From assembly GCA_002731215.1 (NCBI GenBank), contig PCAP01000008.1:1-59914 (forward strand): DNA of 59,914 bases, read 5' to 3'. This DNA comes from Acidobacteriota bacterium (GTDB taxonomy: Bacteria; Acidobacteriota; UBA890). Below, piece after piece: positions 17,536-27,655 of this stretch; position 1 is the first letter of the stretch; the number at the start of each line of letters is the position of its first letter. A program made the position numbers and the translations under genes. The notes under the pieces are model-generated. The model saw only the letters and a program-made list of their open reading frames with translations, ran no database searches and was not told the DNA's origin.

Positions 17536-20028
17536 ATGCTAACATGCGTCTTGATGTCCTCTACAACAAACAAAACACTCGACGCAGAAACACCGCGAGA
17601 ACCGACCAAGAAACCGCGGGTTGGAGATAAGACTCCGTTCGTTGACCGTGCAGCGGGATTTTGGGTGCGACCACGCAACGCTCTCTTGGCCGGTTTACTT
17701 GTCATCGTTTCAGGTATGGGCACCGGTGTTGCGATGGTCTACCTGCCTGATGCTTCACAAGTGCGTGTACTTGAGGAATACGTACCAAGTATGCAGGTAA
17801 CCCTGTACGACGACCAGGGGCAACCTTACGCCGAGCTCGAGGCAGCGGAACGCCGCAAAATGATTCCTTACCGGGATATCCCCGAAGACCTCCGTAATGC
17901 TCTGCTCGCCGTAGAAGACAGTCGCTTTTTCTGGCACGTAGGCGTCGATCCGATTGGTGTACTGGGAGCAGTACGCGACAACGTCACGCGTGGATTTGGG
18001 GAGCGTGGTGCCAGCACGATCACAATGCAACTTGCCCGAGGCCTCGGCTGGTCGAGCCCTGAAAAGACAGTCGTACGTAAGCTCATAGAGGCTTTCTACT
18101 ACGCGCTGCAGACTGAACGTTATTTCTCGAAGGAGCGCATCCTAGAGCTCTACATGAACCAGATTTTTATGGGGCATGATGCTTATGGATTCGGGGCAGC
18201 TGCTGAATTCTACTTCGATGACGAGCTCAATGACCTCACCTTGGCAGAGTGCGCTCTGCTCGCTGGAATCATCCAGCGGCCCAACGATTACTATCCACTC
18301 GACCGCAATGAAGAACGTGCAATCCGCCGCCGGGACGTCGTGCTCGGCCGCATGTTGGTTGAAGGCTACATCAACAACGAAGAACGTGAGCAGGCACGAA
18401 ATGAACCGCTTGACCTTGCAGAACGTGATGACCGTAGCGAGGAACTAGGGGCCTATTTCACTGAGGAGATCCGTCGCACACTGATTGAAGACTACGGTAC
18501 GACTCTGTATGAATCGGGCCTACGCGTCTACACGACACTGGACTCTCGTTTACAGGCAGAAGCTGAACAAGCTCTCGATTCCGGACTGCGCGCGGTCGAC
18601 AAAACTCAAGGGTGGCGTGGCTCGAAACGTAACCTGCTTGAAGAGCAGATAGAAATCGCTGCCCATACTGAGCAACGTTGGGATCGGCCCATCGAGCGTG
18701 GGGACTATGTGCCAGCGGTTGTCCTGGATTCAAGGCGAGAGCAAGCACGACTCCGTGTCGGGCCTTACACCGCCGTAATCACACCAGAAGACGCCGCCTG
18801 GACTGCTTTCGGTCGCGCAGAAAATGTACGCCTGGAGCGCCTGATTCAACCCGGTGATTTGATATCCGTACATGTAACCGAGGTGCACAATGACGGCACT
18901 CTCAGTGTCGGACTCGACCAGGAGCCCGAGCTAGAAGGCGCGGTGCTCGTGTTCGAAAACTACTCAGGCGAGATCAAGGCGGAGGTCGGAGGGCGGAGGT
19001 TCTCGGAAAGTGAATTTAATCGCGCTCGCCAAGCAGTTCGGCAAACCGGATCGGCATTCAAACCTTTTGTTTATGCGGCTGCACTGTTCCATGGTTGGAC
19101 AGCTAGCAACCTAGTAGTCGATATGCCGCAAACCTTTGAGGATGACAGTGGACAACCTTACCAACCTCGTAACCACAATGATGCTTACGTGGGAATCACA
19201 ACCATAACTGAGGCGCTAGCACGGTCACGAAACGTCGTCGCAGTTGCGGTCCAGGAACAAGTGGGAGCAGAAAACATCATTGCGTTAGCACGGGATCTTG
19301 GTATCACAGCCAACTTGCAGCCTTACTTGTCTTTAGCTCTTGGCGTCGTCGATGTTTCCCTGTGGCAAATGACGCGTGCCTATGCGGTATTTGCCAATGG
19401 CGGGGTGCGGGTGGAGCCGCACCGGGTCGTCTCAGTCGTCGATCGCGAGGGACGACCTCGGTCTCAAACCCAACGGCAATCACAGCAGGTAATGGATGCA
19501 GACGTGGCGTTCTTAATGAGCCAAATGCTTGCTAACGTAATCGCTTACACTTTTGATCGTGGCACACAAGGTGGTAGTGGCCGACGGGCACGTTTCCTCG
19601 TCAGTGAACTTGGCCTGCCGTTAGCTGGCAAGACAGGTACTACCGACAACTATTCTGACGCATGGTTCATCGGGTTTTCGCCTTATCACACCATCGGGGT
19701 CTGGGTGGGCAACGACACGAAGCAACCAATCGGCCCTGGCCGAGAAGGCGCTAATACAGCCCTGCCGGTCTGGATGGAAGTCATGCAAGCAGCCAGTGAA
19801 GGGCTGGAGCCCAGGGGTTTCGAGTTGCCCGTGGGTGTTGTTCTCCGCACTGTCGATGCCCGAACCGGTCTGCTGTCAAGCGAAGAATGCGGGCCATCAG
19901 TAGTGGTTGCGTTCATGGAAGGCACCGACCCAACACGCGCCTGCGGCGTGGAAGAGGCACGGATTCTGGCAATGAATCCGTACCAACAAGCATACTTTGT
20001 CGACGACATCAGGGACCGTGGAAGATAG
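17536..20028 (+). CDS. mrcA: bifunctional penicillin-binding protein 1A (glycosyltransferase/transpeptidase)
   Basis: TM anchor, GT51 motifs (AVEDSRFFWHVGVDP, GASTITMQLAR) and transpeptidase motifs (SAFKPF, SRN, KTGTT). Confidence 0.93.
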   Translation: MLTCVLMSSTTNKTLDAETPREPTKKPRVGDKTPFVDRAAGFWVRPRNALLAGLLVIVSGMGTGVAMVYLPDASQVRVLEEYVPSMQVTLYDDQGQPYAELEAAERRKMIPYRDIPEDLRNALLAVEDSRFFWHVGVDPIGVLGAVRDNVTRGFGERGASTITMQLARGLGWSSPEKTVVRKLIEAFYYALQTERYFSKERILELYMNQIFMGHDAYGFGAAAEFYFDDELNDLTLAECALLAGIIQRPNDYYPLDRNEERAIRRRDVVLGRMLVEGYINNEEREQARNEPLDLAERDDRSEELGAYFTEEIRRTLIEDYGTTLYESGLRVYTTLDSRLQAEAEQALDSGLRAVDKTQGWRGSKRNLLEEQIEIAAHTEQRWDRPIERGDYVPAVVLDSRREQARLRVGPYTAVITPEDAAWTAFGRAENVRLERLIQPGDLISVHVTEVHNDGTLSVGLDQEPELEGAVLVFENYSGEIKAEVGGRRFSESEFNRARQAVRQTGSAFKPFVYAAALFHGWTASNLVVDMPQTFEDDSGQPYQPRNHNDAYVGITTITEALARSRNVVAVAVQEQVGAENIIALARDLGITANLQPYLSLALGVVDVSLWQMTRAYAVFANGGVRVEPHRVVSVVDREGRPRSQTQRQSQQVMDADVAFLMSQMLANVIAYTFDRGTQGGSGRRARFLVSELGLPLAGKTGTTDNYSDAWFIGFSPYHTIGVWVGNDTKQPIGPGREGANTALPVWMEVMQAASEGLEPRGFELPVGVVLRTVDARTGLLSSEECGPSVVVAFMEGTDPTRACGVEEARILAMNPYQQAYFVDDIRDRGR

Positions 20029-20114
20029 ACGGGTCCCAACCCTTGCAGTAATAGTAATAGTCCAGAAGTATTCCTTCCCACTGGCGCAACTCTCATTACA
20101 CAGCGAATGCTTGC

Positions 20115-21234
20115 TTATTCAGTCTCTGTAGTGGCGCTAGTTTCGTCGGCAGCCCATTTTAGGTAAGCCTCCGCGAAGGGGTCAAGTTGACCATCCAAGA
20201 CGCCGGTGACGTTGCCAATCTCCAGGCTAGTCCGATGGTCCTTGACCATTTGGTAGGGCTGCAACACATAGGACCGGATTTGCGAACCCCACCCGATTTC
20301 CTTCTTCTCGCCTTGGCGCTCCACAATCCGATTGGCTTGCTTCTGGCGTTCAAGCTCGTATAACCGACTTTGCAGCACCTTCATCGCCATAGCTCGATTA
20401 CGGTGCTGGGAACGTTCCGCCTGACACTGCACAACAGTCCCACTCGGAAGATGGGTGATGCGCACTGCCGAATCAGTTACGTTGACATGCTGCCCGCCAG
20501 CACCGCTGGAGCGATAGGTGTCAATACGAAGGTCTTTCTCGTCTATATCCACTTCGATATCGTCATCGATCTCTGGTGAAACCATCACCGAAGCAAACGA
20601 TGTGTGGCGCCGACTGCTTGCATCAAATGGCGAAATCCTTACGAGTCGGTGCACACCTGTCTCTCCCTTCATGTAACCGAAAGCGAACTCGCCCTCGACA
20701 CGAAGCGTGGCGCTTTTAAGCCCAGCCTCCTCTCCGGGCGACTCATCAAGAACCTCAACAGCGTAACCACGCGACTCGGCCCACCTCGTGTACATACGAA
20801 GCAGAATCGCGGTCCAGTCCTGCGATTCAGTGCCACCAGCCCCGGAATGCACCTCTAACAGAGCCGGCCGCGAGTCGTCTGTAGTACCCAAAAGATGCTG
20901 CGTCTCCCGGTTATCAAGAACGGCACTGAGATCCACAATAGTTTTCTGCAGCAGCGTAATAGCCTCGTGCTCCCCCTCTTCAGCCAACTCGAGCATTGCG
21001 TCGATATCGTCAAATGTGGTCTCAAGACGAGCACCCTCAGCCAGCCGCTGCTCTAGGCTGGTTCGCTCCCGCTGTAATTCAGTATCACCGCCGTCCTCCC
21101 AGAATGCAGGGTCCGCCATCCTCGTCTCGATCTCTGCCAGTCTCTCCTTAGCGCCGGAAGGGTCAAAGATAGCCTCCCAAGCTAGCGTAACGAGACCGAA
21201 GCTCTTCGATTTGCCTTCTCAGGTCGTCGATCAT
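20115..21234 (-). CDS. prfB: peptide chain release factor 2, requires programmed +1 frameshift
   Basis: Frame 0 from ATG 21234 encodes MIDDLRRQIEELRSRYASLGGYL then TGA (21165..21163). The +1 frame continues DPSGAKERLAEIETRMADPAFWED... into the 334-aa ORF, which carries SPF and GGQ (SGAGGQHVN). Confidence 0.95.
21162..21168 (-). other. RF2 +1 frameshift site CTT TGA C with upstream SD-like GGGAGG
   Basis: The minus strand reads AGCTTGGGAGGCTATCTTTGACCC. Compare the classical E. coli AGGGGGTATCTTTGAC. Confidence 0.95.
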
Positions 21235-22826
21235 CTCTTTCTTTCATCTTTGTCGGTTAGCTCAACTAGCGAATGTAGCGGCGCAGGTGGACGCCGAATG
21301 CAAAAGACGACGCCACCCAACGACAAGGCTACACAAAGCAACGGCAACGCGTCGCCGACCACAACATACAGTGTGCTTTGGTCTGAGGGCCAAATTTCCC
21401 CTAATAGCAAAGCAGACTGGTTAACCTCGGTGGACTTGAGGACTCGCCCCCAGGGATCCACAAATCCAGAAATTCCTGTGTTCGCGGCCCGGATCAAATA
21501 ACGTCGATTTTCGACGGCTCGCAATTTCGCCATCGAGAAATGCTGATACGGCGCACTCGTGTCATCAAACCATGCATCATTAGTGATTGTCGCTAAGAAC
21601 GTAGCACCGCGAACTACCTGTCTCCTCATGTGATTTGGAAAGACAACCTCATAACAGATAGCCATTGCAAACGGAGGTATTCCGCCACCGGAATCAGCGA
21701 ACAGATCTTGTTCCACTTTTCCATGATGAAAACTGCCGACAGCATCGACCAAGGGGCGAATAAAACGGAACAACCAGCTTAGCGGTACGTATTCCCCCAA
21801 AGGAACCAAGTGAACCTTGTCGTAGCGCATTGTCCACTCGCCCAACGCGTCCACCAGAAAAGAAGCATTCGTCGCCACCCACTGCCCGGAAGGCAAACTT
21901 TCATAGTGGGGACTACCGACCACCAGAGTTGTTTTGTTTGCACGCGCAACCTCGGCCAGCGTCTCCCGTGTTGAGGGGTCCGCCTCAAGTCCACTCCGGA
22001 GCGGAACTGAAGATTCTGGCCAAATTACTAGGTCGGCCTCATGGCGAACCGCCTCAAGGGTCATATCTAGGTGGCTCGTCAGGATCGATTGGAGTTCATC
22101 AGAGTCCCAGATCCGCCCCTGTTCCACATTGCCCTGAACCGCAGCGACCCGCAGCCCTTGCATCCCCAGACCATGTGCCTTGCCGGGTAACGGGGCTGCT
22201 GCAAGGTGAATGGCGCCGTATCCTGCAATAGCAATCACCAAAACAACCGCGGCGACAGTAGAGGATCGGGCGCGGTTTCCGCGCACAATGCTCTGAGCAA
22301 TGGCAACGTTCACGAAGACCGCTGCGAAGCTTAGCCCCCAAACCCCAGCGAGGTCAGCAGCTTGCATCATGACAGTTGAGCCCCCCGCTGCGTAGCCCAA
22401 AAGTGACCAAGGGAAGCCGAACGGCAAGATTGTCTGCACATACTCGAGCGACACCCACCCCGAAGCGAACACTGCGGCTCCGACAACACCATGCCGGACA
22501 GCGAACGGTACGAAGAGAAGAACTAACCCCGTGCTTAATGCCATCCAGGCGGCAAGCAGGCCAGTAACAACTGCGCCGGTCGTAACCGACATGCCACTAT
22601 AGGTGATCATCACATGCGCTACCCAATACAGCGTGCCGATGCGCCATACAAAGCCAGCTACGAAACCTGTACACCAACGCCGCCAAGCACTACCGCTGTC
22701 TGAAGCGATAATCACGGGTACAAGCGCCACCCAAACCAGAAAATGGAGCCCCGGGTACGGGAATGACAAAGCCAAACCAAGGCCAGTCACCGCGGCCAGT
22801 AGCCAACCGTAACGTGCAGAAAGCAC
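21231..22826 (-). CDS. lnt: apolipoprotein N-acyltransferase
   Basis: 531 aa with a polytopic N-terminus and a C-terminal CN-hydrolase domain (VAAVQGN...WPES...ICYE). The stop overlaps the prfB start (ATGA). Confidence 0.9.
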   Translation of the reverse strand: MLSARYGWLLAAVTGLGLALSFPYPGLHFLVWVALVPVIIASDSGSAWRRWCTGFVAGFVWRIGTLYWVAHVMITYSGMSVTTGAVVTGLLAAWMALSTGLVLLFVPFAVRHGVVGAAVFASGWVSLEYVQTILPFGFPWSLLGYAAGGSTVMMQAADLAGVWGLSFAAVFVNVAIAQSIVRGNRARSSTVAAVVLVIAIAGYGAIHLAAAPLPGKAHGLGMQGLRVAAVQGNVEQGRIWDSDELQSILTSHLDMTLEAVRHEADLVIWPESSVPLRSGLEADPSTRETLAEVARANKTTLVVGSPHYESLPSGQWVATNASFLVDALGEWTMRYDKVHLVPLGEYVPLSWLFRFIRPLVDAVGSFHHGKVEQDLFADSGGGIPPFAMAICYEVVFPNHMRRQVVRGATFLATITNDAWFDDTSAPYQHFSMAKLRAVENRRYLIRAANTGISGFVDPWGRVLKSTEVNQSALLLGEIWPSDQSTLYVVVGDALPLLCVALSLGGVVFCIRRPPAPLHSLVELTDKDERKR

Positions 22827-22858
22827 GCTGAAATCGGATGTGCGAGGCAGACGTTTAC

Positions 22859-23479
22859 TCAGCCTTCTGTCACCCAGGTAGTATCCACGTCAGAACGTGC
22901 TAGCAGCTTCGCCTCAACAATGTCCGCTTCTTCCTTCGAGCGATACGGGCCCACTCGTACCCGATAATAAGTCTGCCCGGAAACTTGAGCGGAAGCGACG
23001 AATACTGGCAAGCCCGACTCGGCCAGTGCCGACTGCAGCGAATCGGCATCTATTTTCACCGGTGTCGACCGCACTTGCACTATCCAACCGTTCGGCAACA
23101 AAGAATCTGTCTCTGTTGACTCTGCGAAGCTTTCAATTGCTACCGGCGCCCTCTCTTCATCAACCGGATCTGCGGATTCGAATCTTGGAGCATTTGCGGG
23201 ATCTTGTTGCTCAGCCTCTGACTCCAGTGACTCTACCGGCACCTGCGGCTGTACCGTCGGCTCGTTAACAGCTTCATAGAAATCGTAGGCTTCTTCTGCA
23301 GAGTCTTCAGCAGATGCCACGGCCTGCCATTCGTCTGCACCACTTGGCCCCGTCTGCCCGCGCCCCACCACTATTCCTAACCAAAAGACCATCACACCGA
23401 CAACGGTGGCTCCTAAGAATGCCAGCACGAGGTGCGGCGTGCTCAACTGGATCTCGTAGAAGTTCTGGTTGTCACTCAT
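22859..23479 (-). CDS. SPOR domain-containing membrane protein
   Basis: One TM helix, an acidic linker, and a C-terminal SPOR fold (WIVQVRS...YYRVRVGPYRSKEEADIVEAKL). ATG 23479 is preferred (AAGGGG SD 8 nt upstream). The ORF extends to GTG 23512. Confidence 0.8.
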   Translation of the reverse strand: MSDNQNFYEIQLSTPHLVLAFLGATVVGVMVFWLGIVVGRGQTGPSGADEWQAVASAEDSAEEAYDFYEAVNEPTVQPQVPVESLESEAEQQDPANAPRFESADPVDEERAPVAIESFAESTETDSLLPNGWIVQVRSTPVKIDADSLQSALAESGLPVFVASAQVSGQTYYRVRVGPYRSKEEADIVEAKLLARSDVDTTWVTEG

Positions 23480-23663
23480 CCTCTCAACCCCTTCTTTTAT
23501 CACGGCTAACACACAGTCGTGCGCTAAATTCCATGACGCCGGGGCTGGGCAGCGCCTTGCAACCTAACAAATAGGTAACGTTACCAATTATCCTAGCATC
23601 GCTGGCTTCGATTCAACGTCCGTTAGACGCTTGACACAATAACTCCCGTTGATCCCGCCCTCC

Positions 23664-24764
23664 CTATTGATCCCGCTCCCAAAGATAGGCTGAGTCTTCG
23701 TGACGGCTCTCTCCACCATCGTTGACGACAAATCGTGAGGGCCGGAAGTTGGCTCCCCCGTACTCTCCAGCCTTGTTCAAGGCGTAGAAATTGAGGGAGA
23801 AATTGGGAGTTCCGTCTTCTCGTAATAACCGTGGGTCTACCGTCTTTGCTGCTACCCGTCGCATTACCGCAAGGCATGCATCCTTCGGGTGCATTCCCTG
23901 ACGCATGAACTCAACTGCGAGAAACGAGCAACAGTCCAGCAAGTTGGCCTCACCACGACCTGTTGATCCAGCGGCACCGACATCATTGTCCACATAAAGA
24001 CCAGCACCGAGAATTGGCGAATCTCCGACTCGCCCTGGAATCTTCCAACTTAGGCCACTAGTCGTAGTAACCCCAGAGATATCACCGTCAGCGTTGACAC
24101 AGTTACAGTTAATCGTCCCGTGGTACCGAAAAAAGGGATCGAATTCGTCTGCCGCACCGTGGTCCGCTGTTGGGTCGAGTCCGCCACGCCCATCCCCCGC
24201 TCGTTGAACCGGCAACCAGTCGTCGCGATCAGACATGTTCTCCCTCCACTGTAACCAGCGCTCCCGTGCCCGGTCTGTCAACAAATTCTCTACCGGAAAG
24301 CCGTGTGCCTTAGCCAAGTCTTGGGCACCTTGACCCACTATGAGAACGTGGTCGGTCCGTTCCATAACTATCTTCGCGACCTTAGATGGATTCTTGATGC
24401 CTTCGATCGAGGCAACTGCACCACCATTTCGGGTTGGGCCATGCATGACTGACGAATCGAGTTGCACGGTGCCAGATTCATTTGGAAGTCCGCCATAGCC
24501 AACACTCATGTCACCGGGATCCTCTTCGACAATATTGACCCCAGCAATTACCGCATCGAGAGTGTCCTCGTCCGCCTGAAGCATCTCCATCGCCTTGGCA
24601 CACGCTTCTAAACCATTACCGCTTGAAATCACTAGCGGGCGAGTACCTTGAGAACGGTTTATGTGAAAGGCAGGTGAAGCCAGCACATGCTTACCGCCGA
24701 AAACACCGAGACTAGCGGTCGCCCCGGCTTGCAAAATCCCTCTACGACTCCAGCGAAAACCCAT
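23664..24764 (-). CDS. Tat-exported Ntn-hydrolase, glycosylasparaginase/isoaspartyl peptidase family
   Basis: Twin-arginine signal (WSRRGILQAGA) and asparaginase-2 motifs (HGTINCNCV nucleophile Thr region, GDSPILGAGLYVDN, GSTGRGE). Confidence 0.8.
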   Translation of the reverse strand: MGFRWSRRGILQAGATASLGVFGGKHVLASPAFHINRSQGTRPLVISSGNGLEACAKAMEMLQADEDTLDAVIAGVNIVEEDPGDMSVGYGGLPNESGTVQLDSSVMHGPTRNGGAVASIEGIKNPSKVAKIVMERTDHVLIVGQGAQDLAKAHGFPVENLLTDRARERWLQWRENMSDRDDWLPVQRAGDGRGGLDPTADHGAADEFDPFFRYHGTINCNCVNADGDISGVTTTSGLSWKIPGRVGDSPILGAGLYVDNDVGAAGSTGRGEANLLDCCSFLAVEFMRQGMHPKDACLAVMRRVAAKTVDPRLLREDGTPNFSLNFYALNKAGEYGGANFRPSRFVVNDGGESRHEDSAYLWERDQ

Positions 24765-24784
24765 ATTCGACCTCCTGGCGAAGA

Positions 24785-25126
24785 TTACTTTACGCGCCCG
24801 TAACGGTCCTCCATACGAACAACGTCATCGAGGTGGGGAGTAGAAACTTCAAAAATGTCACAGGTAGTAATCGCACGCATTCGGTGTACCGTGCGGGGCG
24901 GGATGTGAAGACACTCCCCGGGACCCATTACGTGCGCAACTAGTTCGTCACCCTTCTGCAACTCAAGTTCAAGCTGCCCAGAGAAAACGTAAATTGTTTC
25001 ATCTTTGATCTCATGGTACTGCAGGCTAAGCTGCTCGCCTTCGTCGACATGAAGAATCTTGCCTACATACTTATCGTTGTCGGTGAATATCAACTCATAA
25101 CCCCAGGGTTTTTCAACACGTTGCAT
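24785..25126 (-). CDS. cupin domain protein (mannose-6-phosphate isomerase type II C-terminal-like)
   Basis: 113 aa. KPWGYE...GEQLSLQYHEIKDETIYVFSG...H.PPRTVHR are cupin motifs. Confidence 0.75.
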   Translation of the reverse strand: MQRVEKPWGYELIFTDNDKYVGKILHVDEGEQLSLQYHEIKDETIYVFSGQLELELQKGDELVAHVMGPGECLHIPPRTVHRMRAITTCDIFEVSTPHLDDVVRMEDRYGRVK

Positions 25127-25263
25127 TCAATTTCCTATCAGGCCAGCTCGCCTGGTTTATTCATTGATGGCACAGATTCCATCTGTTCTCCCTACGATTC
25201 GTTCGGCTGCATCAAGCAGTTCTCGGGCTAACAATCCATGCGGGACAATTACTGCGCCGATTA

Positions 25264-26160
25264 TTACACCTCCTCAACCGATGCCGGCTCCTCAGTTTCA
25301 CCTATCAGTTCCCGATGCGACAGCGTGACGGAGTAGCCCATAGCCTCAAGATCTCGGGCGACGCGCGATGCAATTACTACAGAACGGTGATGACCTCCCG
25401 TGCACCCGAACGCAAGAGTCATGTAGGCGCGTCCTTGAGCCCCTAAACGTGGCACGACAAAGCGCAACAGATTCTCTACATGATCAAGGAACTCACTCGT
25501 CTCCGGTCGCGATTCTACATACTGCGAAACTGGTCTGTCGATTCCACTCAGTAACTTAAGGTCCGCTATGTAATTCGGATTCGGTAGAAATCGGACATCA
25601 AACACAAGGTCGGCATTCTTAGGCAAACCAGAACGGAAAGCGAAGCTGACCACTCGAATCGTCGCAAGCTCATCGCCTGTTGAGCCGTACAGTTTGAAAA
25701 GGAACTCGCGGAGATCGTGGGGCGTGAAGTTACTCGTGTCGATCACCCTTGTGGAGAGGTCTCTGATCGGCTCAAGCAACTTACGTTCTTTATGTATCGC
25801 GGCCAGAATATCATCGTCACCCGCCAGGGGATGTGGCCGACGAGTTTCCGAATACCTCTGTTGCAATACAGAGTCATCCGCATCAAAAAAGGCAAGCTCT
25901 ACAGATCCCGATCGAGCCTCAAGGTTTTTGTAAGCTTGGGCAAACTTCCCAAGAAAACCGTAAGCTCGGGCGTCAACGACCAGCGCCGCTCGGTTAACTG
26001 TACTGCCAGTCTTTTCACACAGGTCAGCGAACTTCGACATCAATGCTGGTGGCAAGTTGTCAACGCAGTAATAACCAAGGTCTTCCAGGCTATTAAGCGC
26101 TGCACTTTTGCCTGCCCCCGCAAGGCCCGAAACCACCACGAGGGAAGTTGATCGTCCCAC
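25264..26160 (-). CDS. rapZ: RNase adapter protein RapZ (YvcJ family P-loop NTPase)
   Basis: VVSGLAGAGKSAALNSLEDLGYYCVDNLPPAL, FDVRFLPNPNY, AFGCTGGHHRSV. GTG start. Confidence 0.9.
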   Translation of the reverse strand: MGRSTSLVVVSGLAGAGKSAALNSLEDLGYYCVDNLPPALMSKFADLCEKTGSTVNRAALVVDARAYGFLGKFAQAYKNLEARSGSVELAFFDADDSVLQQRYSETRRPHPLAGDDDILAAIHKERKLLEPIRDLSTRVIDTSNFTPHDLREFLFKLYGSTGDELATIRVVSFAFRSGLPKNADLVFDVRFLPNPNYIADLKLLSGIDRPVSQYVESRPETSEFLDHVENLLRFVVPRLGAQGRAYMTLAFGCTGGHHRSVVIASRVARDLEAMGYSVTLSHRELIGETEEPASVEEV

Positions 26161-26200
26161 TATTCTAGATCGCCTTCGTTATGTTCGGCGTTTAAATCGG

Positions 26201-27652
26201 TCATCTCGGTGCCCGTCGTAATTTCGAGGCACCTATCTGCATTTCCTCTCGGTATTTAGCAACTGTACGACGGGCAATTTGCAAGCCTTCCTCCTTCAAC
26301 GCGGTGGCAATACGGGCGTCAGAAAGAGGCTTGCGTGTATCCTCCCCGGCAATCAGCTTCCGAATGTTTTCCTTTACCGAAACTGATGAGACATCCGGCC
26401 CGTTGCTGTGTCCAAGGGAGCTATGGAAAAAAAACCTCATTTCCAGAATGCCTTGAGGTGTGCTCATGAATTTCCCATTAACTATCCTAGACACAGTAGA
26501 CACGTGCATCTCAATATCATCAGCAACGTCACTAAGAACTAACGGCCTCAACTCGGCCAGGCCACCTTCCAAAAATGCTTCCTGATACTTGACGATGCTT
26601 TCAGCGACTAACTGTATGGTCCGTTGTCGCTGGCCAAATGACTTGATCAGCCAGAGGGCCGACTTGAGCTTGGCATGCAAGTAGTCGGAGGTTTCCTTGG
26701 ACCCACCCCCGCCCGATCGAAGCATCTGACGATACAAGCGCGAGATGCGCAACTTCGGCAGACCGTCCTCGTTAAGTACAACACGATAAGTACCCGCATC
26801 TTTAATAACCGTGACGTCCGGAACGATGTACCGTGAAGGTTCGGTTGTATACCCGGCCCCCGGCTTCGGATTAAGACTCTGAATAAGCTCTACCGCCGCT
26901 CCAACCTCCACCAAACTAGCCCGACAACGCCTACCAATAGCACTGTGTGCCCGATCAATAAGCAAGTCGAGGTGCTGATCGACAATTCGATATGCAAGTG
27001 TCTGCGTAGCATCGAGATGCTCAAGTTGCAGAAGGAGACACTCGCGCAAGTCTCGCGCCGCCACCCCAGGAGGGTCCAACTTTTGTACCCATTTCAGGGT
27101 TGATTCAACTAAGGCAACTGGCCAATTTCCCAATACCGCTAACTCATCAGTGTCGAGAGTTAAATAACCCTCTTCGTCAACGTTTCCAATGATCGCCCGT
27201 CCAATTTCCATTTCCAGCGGTGACGTGTCGCTCATTTCCAGCTGCCACAGCAATTGCTGTTCCATCGTTGGACGAGCAGCTAGCATGTTCTCAAGCTGCA
27301 CCTGGTCCCGATATTCTCGTACCGGCCCCGTACGGGGCTGGGCGTCGTAGTAATCCTGGAAATAGGCTTCGATATTGATCTCGTCAAACGGGTTGGCGTC
27401 CTCCGACAGAGAATCCTCAGCATCCCCCTGTTCTTGACCTTCGAGACCAACGCCATCCGGCTGCACTGCCATATCGGCAGATTCCTCGGGCCCCTCACGC
27501 TCCTCGAGCATAGGGTTCTCGACCATTTCCTCCTGCAAAACGTTTTCAAGCTCGAGCTTGTTGAGTTGCAGGAGACGAATCGCCATCTGCAGCGCCGGCG
27601 TCATGACCAAGCGCTGCTGCAAACGCAGGGTTAGCTTTTGCTCGAGAGCCAT
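26201..27652 (-). CDS. rpoN: RNA polymerase sigma-54 factor
   Basis: N-terminal Gln/Leu-rich region I, an acidic region II, and the C-terminal RpoN box (ARRTVAKYRE). Confidence 0.95.
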   Translation of the reverse strand: MALEQKLTLRLQQRLVMTPALQMAIRLLQLNKLELENVLQEEMVENPMLEEREGPEESADMAVQPDGVGLEGQEQGDAEDSLSEDANPFDEINIEAYFQDYYDAQPRTGPVREYRDQVQLENMLAARPTMEQQLLWQLEMSDTSPLEMEIGRAIIGNVDEEGYLTLDTDELAVLGNWPVALVESTLKWVQKLDPPGVAARDLRECLLLQLEHLDATQTLAYRIVDQHLDLLIDRAHSAIGRRCRASLVEVGAAVELIQSLNPKPGAGYTTEPSRYIVPDVTVIKDAGTYRVVLNEDGLPKLRISRLYRQMLRSGGGGSKETSDYLHAKLKSALWLIKSFGQRQRTIQLVAESIVKYQEAFLEGGLAELRPLVLSDVADDIEMHVSTVSRIVNGKFMSTPQGILEMRFFFHSSLGHSNGPDVSSVSVKENIRKLIAGEDTRKPLSDARIATALKEEGLQIARRTVAKYREEMQIGASKLRRAPR

Positions 27653-27655
27653 CAG

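Noticed and set aside
20029-20114. gtaatagtaatagt mini-repeat in the convergent PBP1A/prfB spacer
   Set aside because: It has only two and a half 6-nt units and no hairpin or known motif. It is treated as chance.
20788-21501. 237-aa plus-strand ORF spanning the prfB/lnt junction. Similar long antisense or alternative-frame ORFs occur at 43520..44221, 14934..15566, 11878..12474, 39731..40273, 36873..37287 and 31247..31774.
   Set aside because: All lie fully inside strongly supported genes on the other strand or frame. They have Arg/Ser/Pro-rich composition typical of off-frame translation in GC-rich DNA, and no family resemblance.
23546-23561. Sigma-54-like element TGGGCAGCGCCTTGCA (GG and GC at the correct -24/-12 spacing, TTGCA perfect) on the plus strand
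   Set aside because: It points antisense into the glycosylasparaginase gene, with no plus-strand gene downstream. The -24 half (TGGGCA versus TGGCAC) is imperfect. It is most likely chance and only worth revisiting if antisense transcription is observed.
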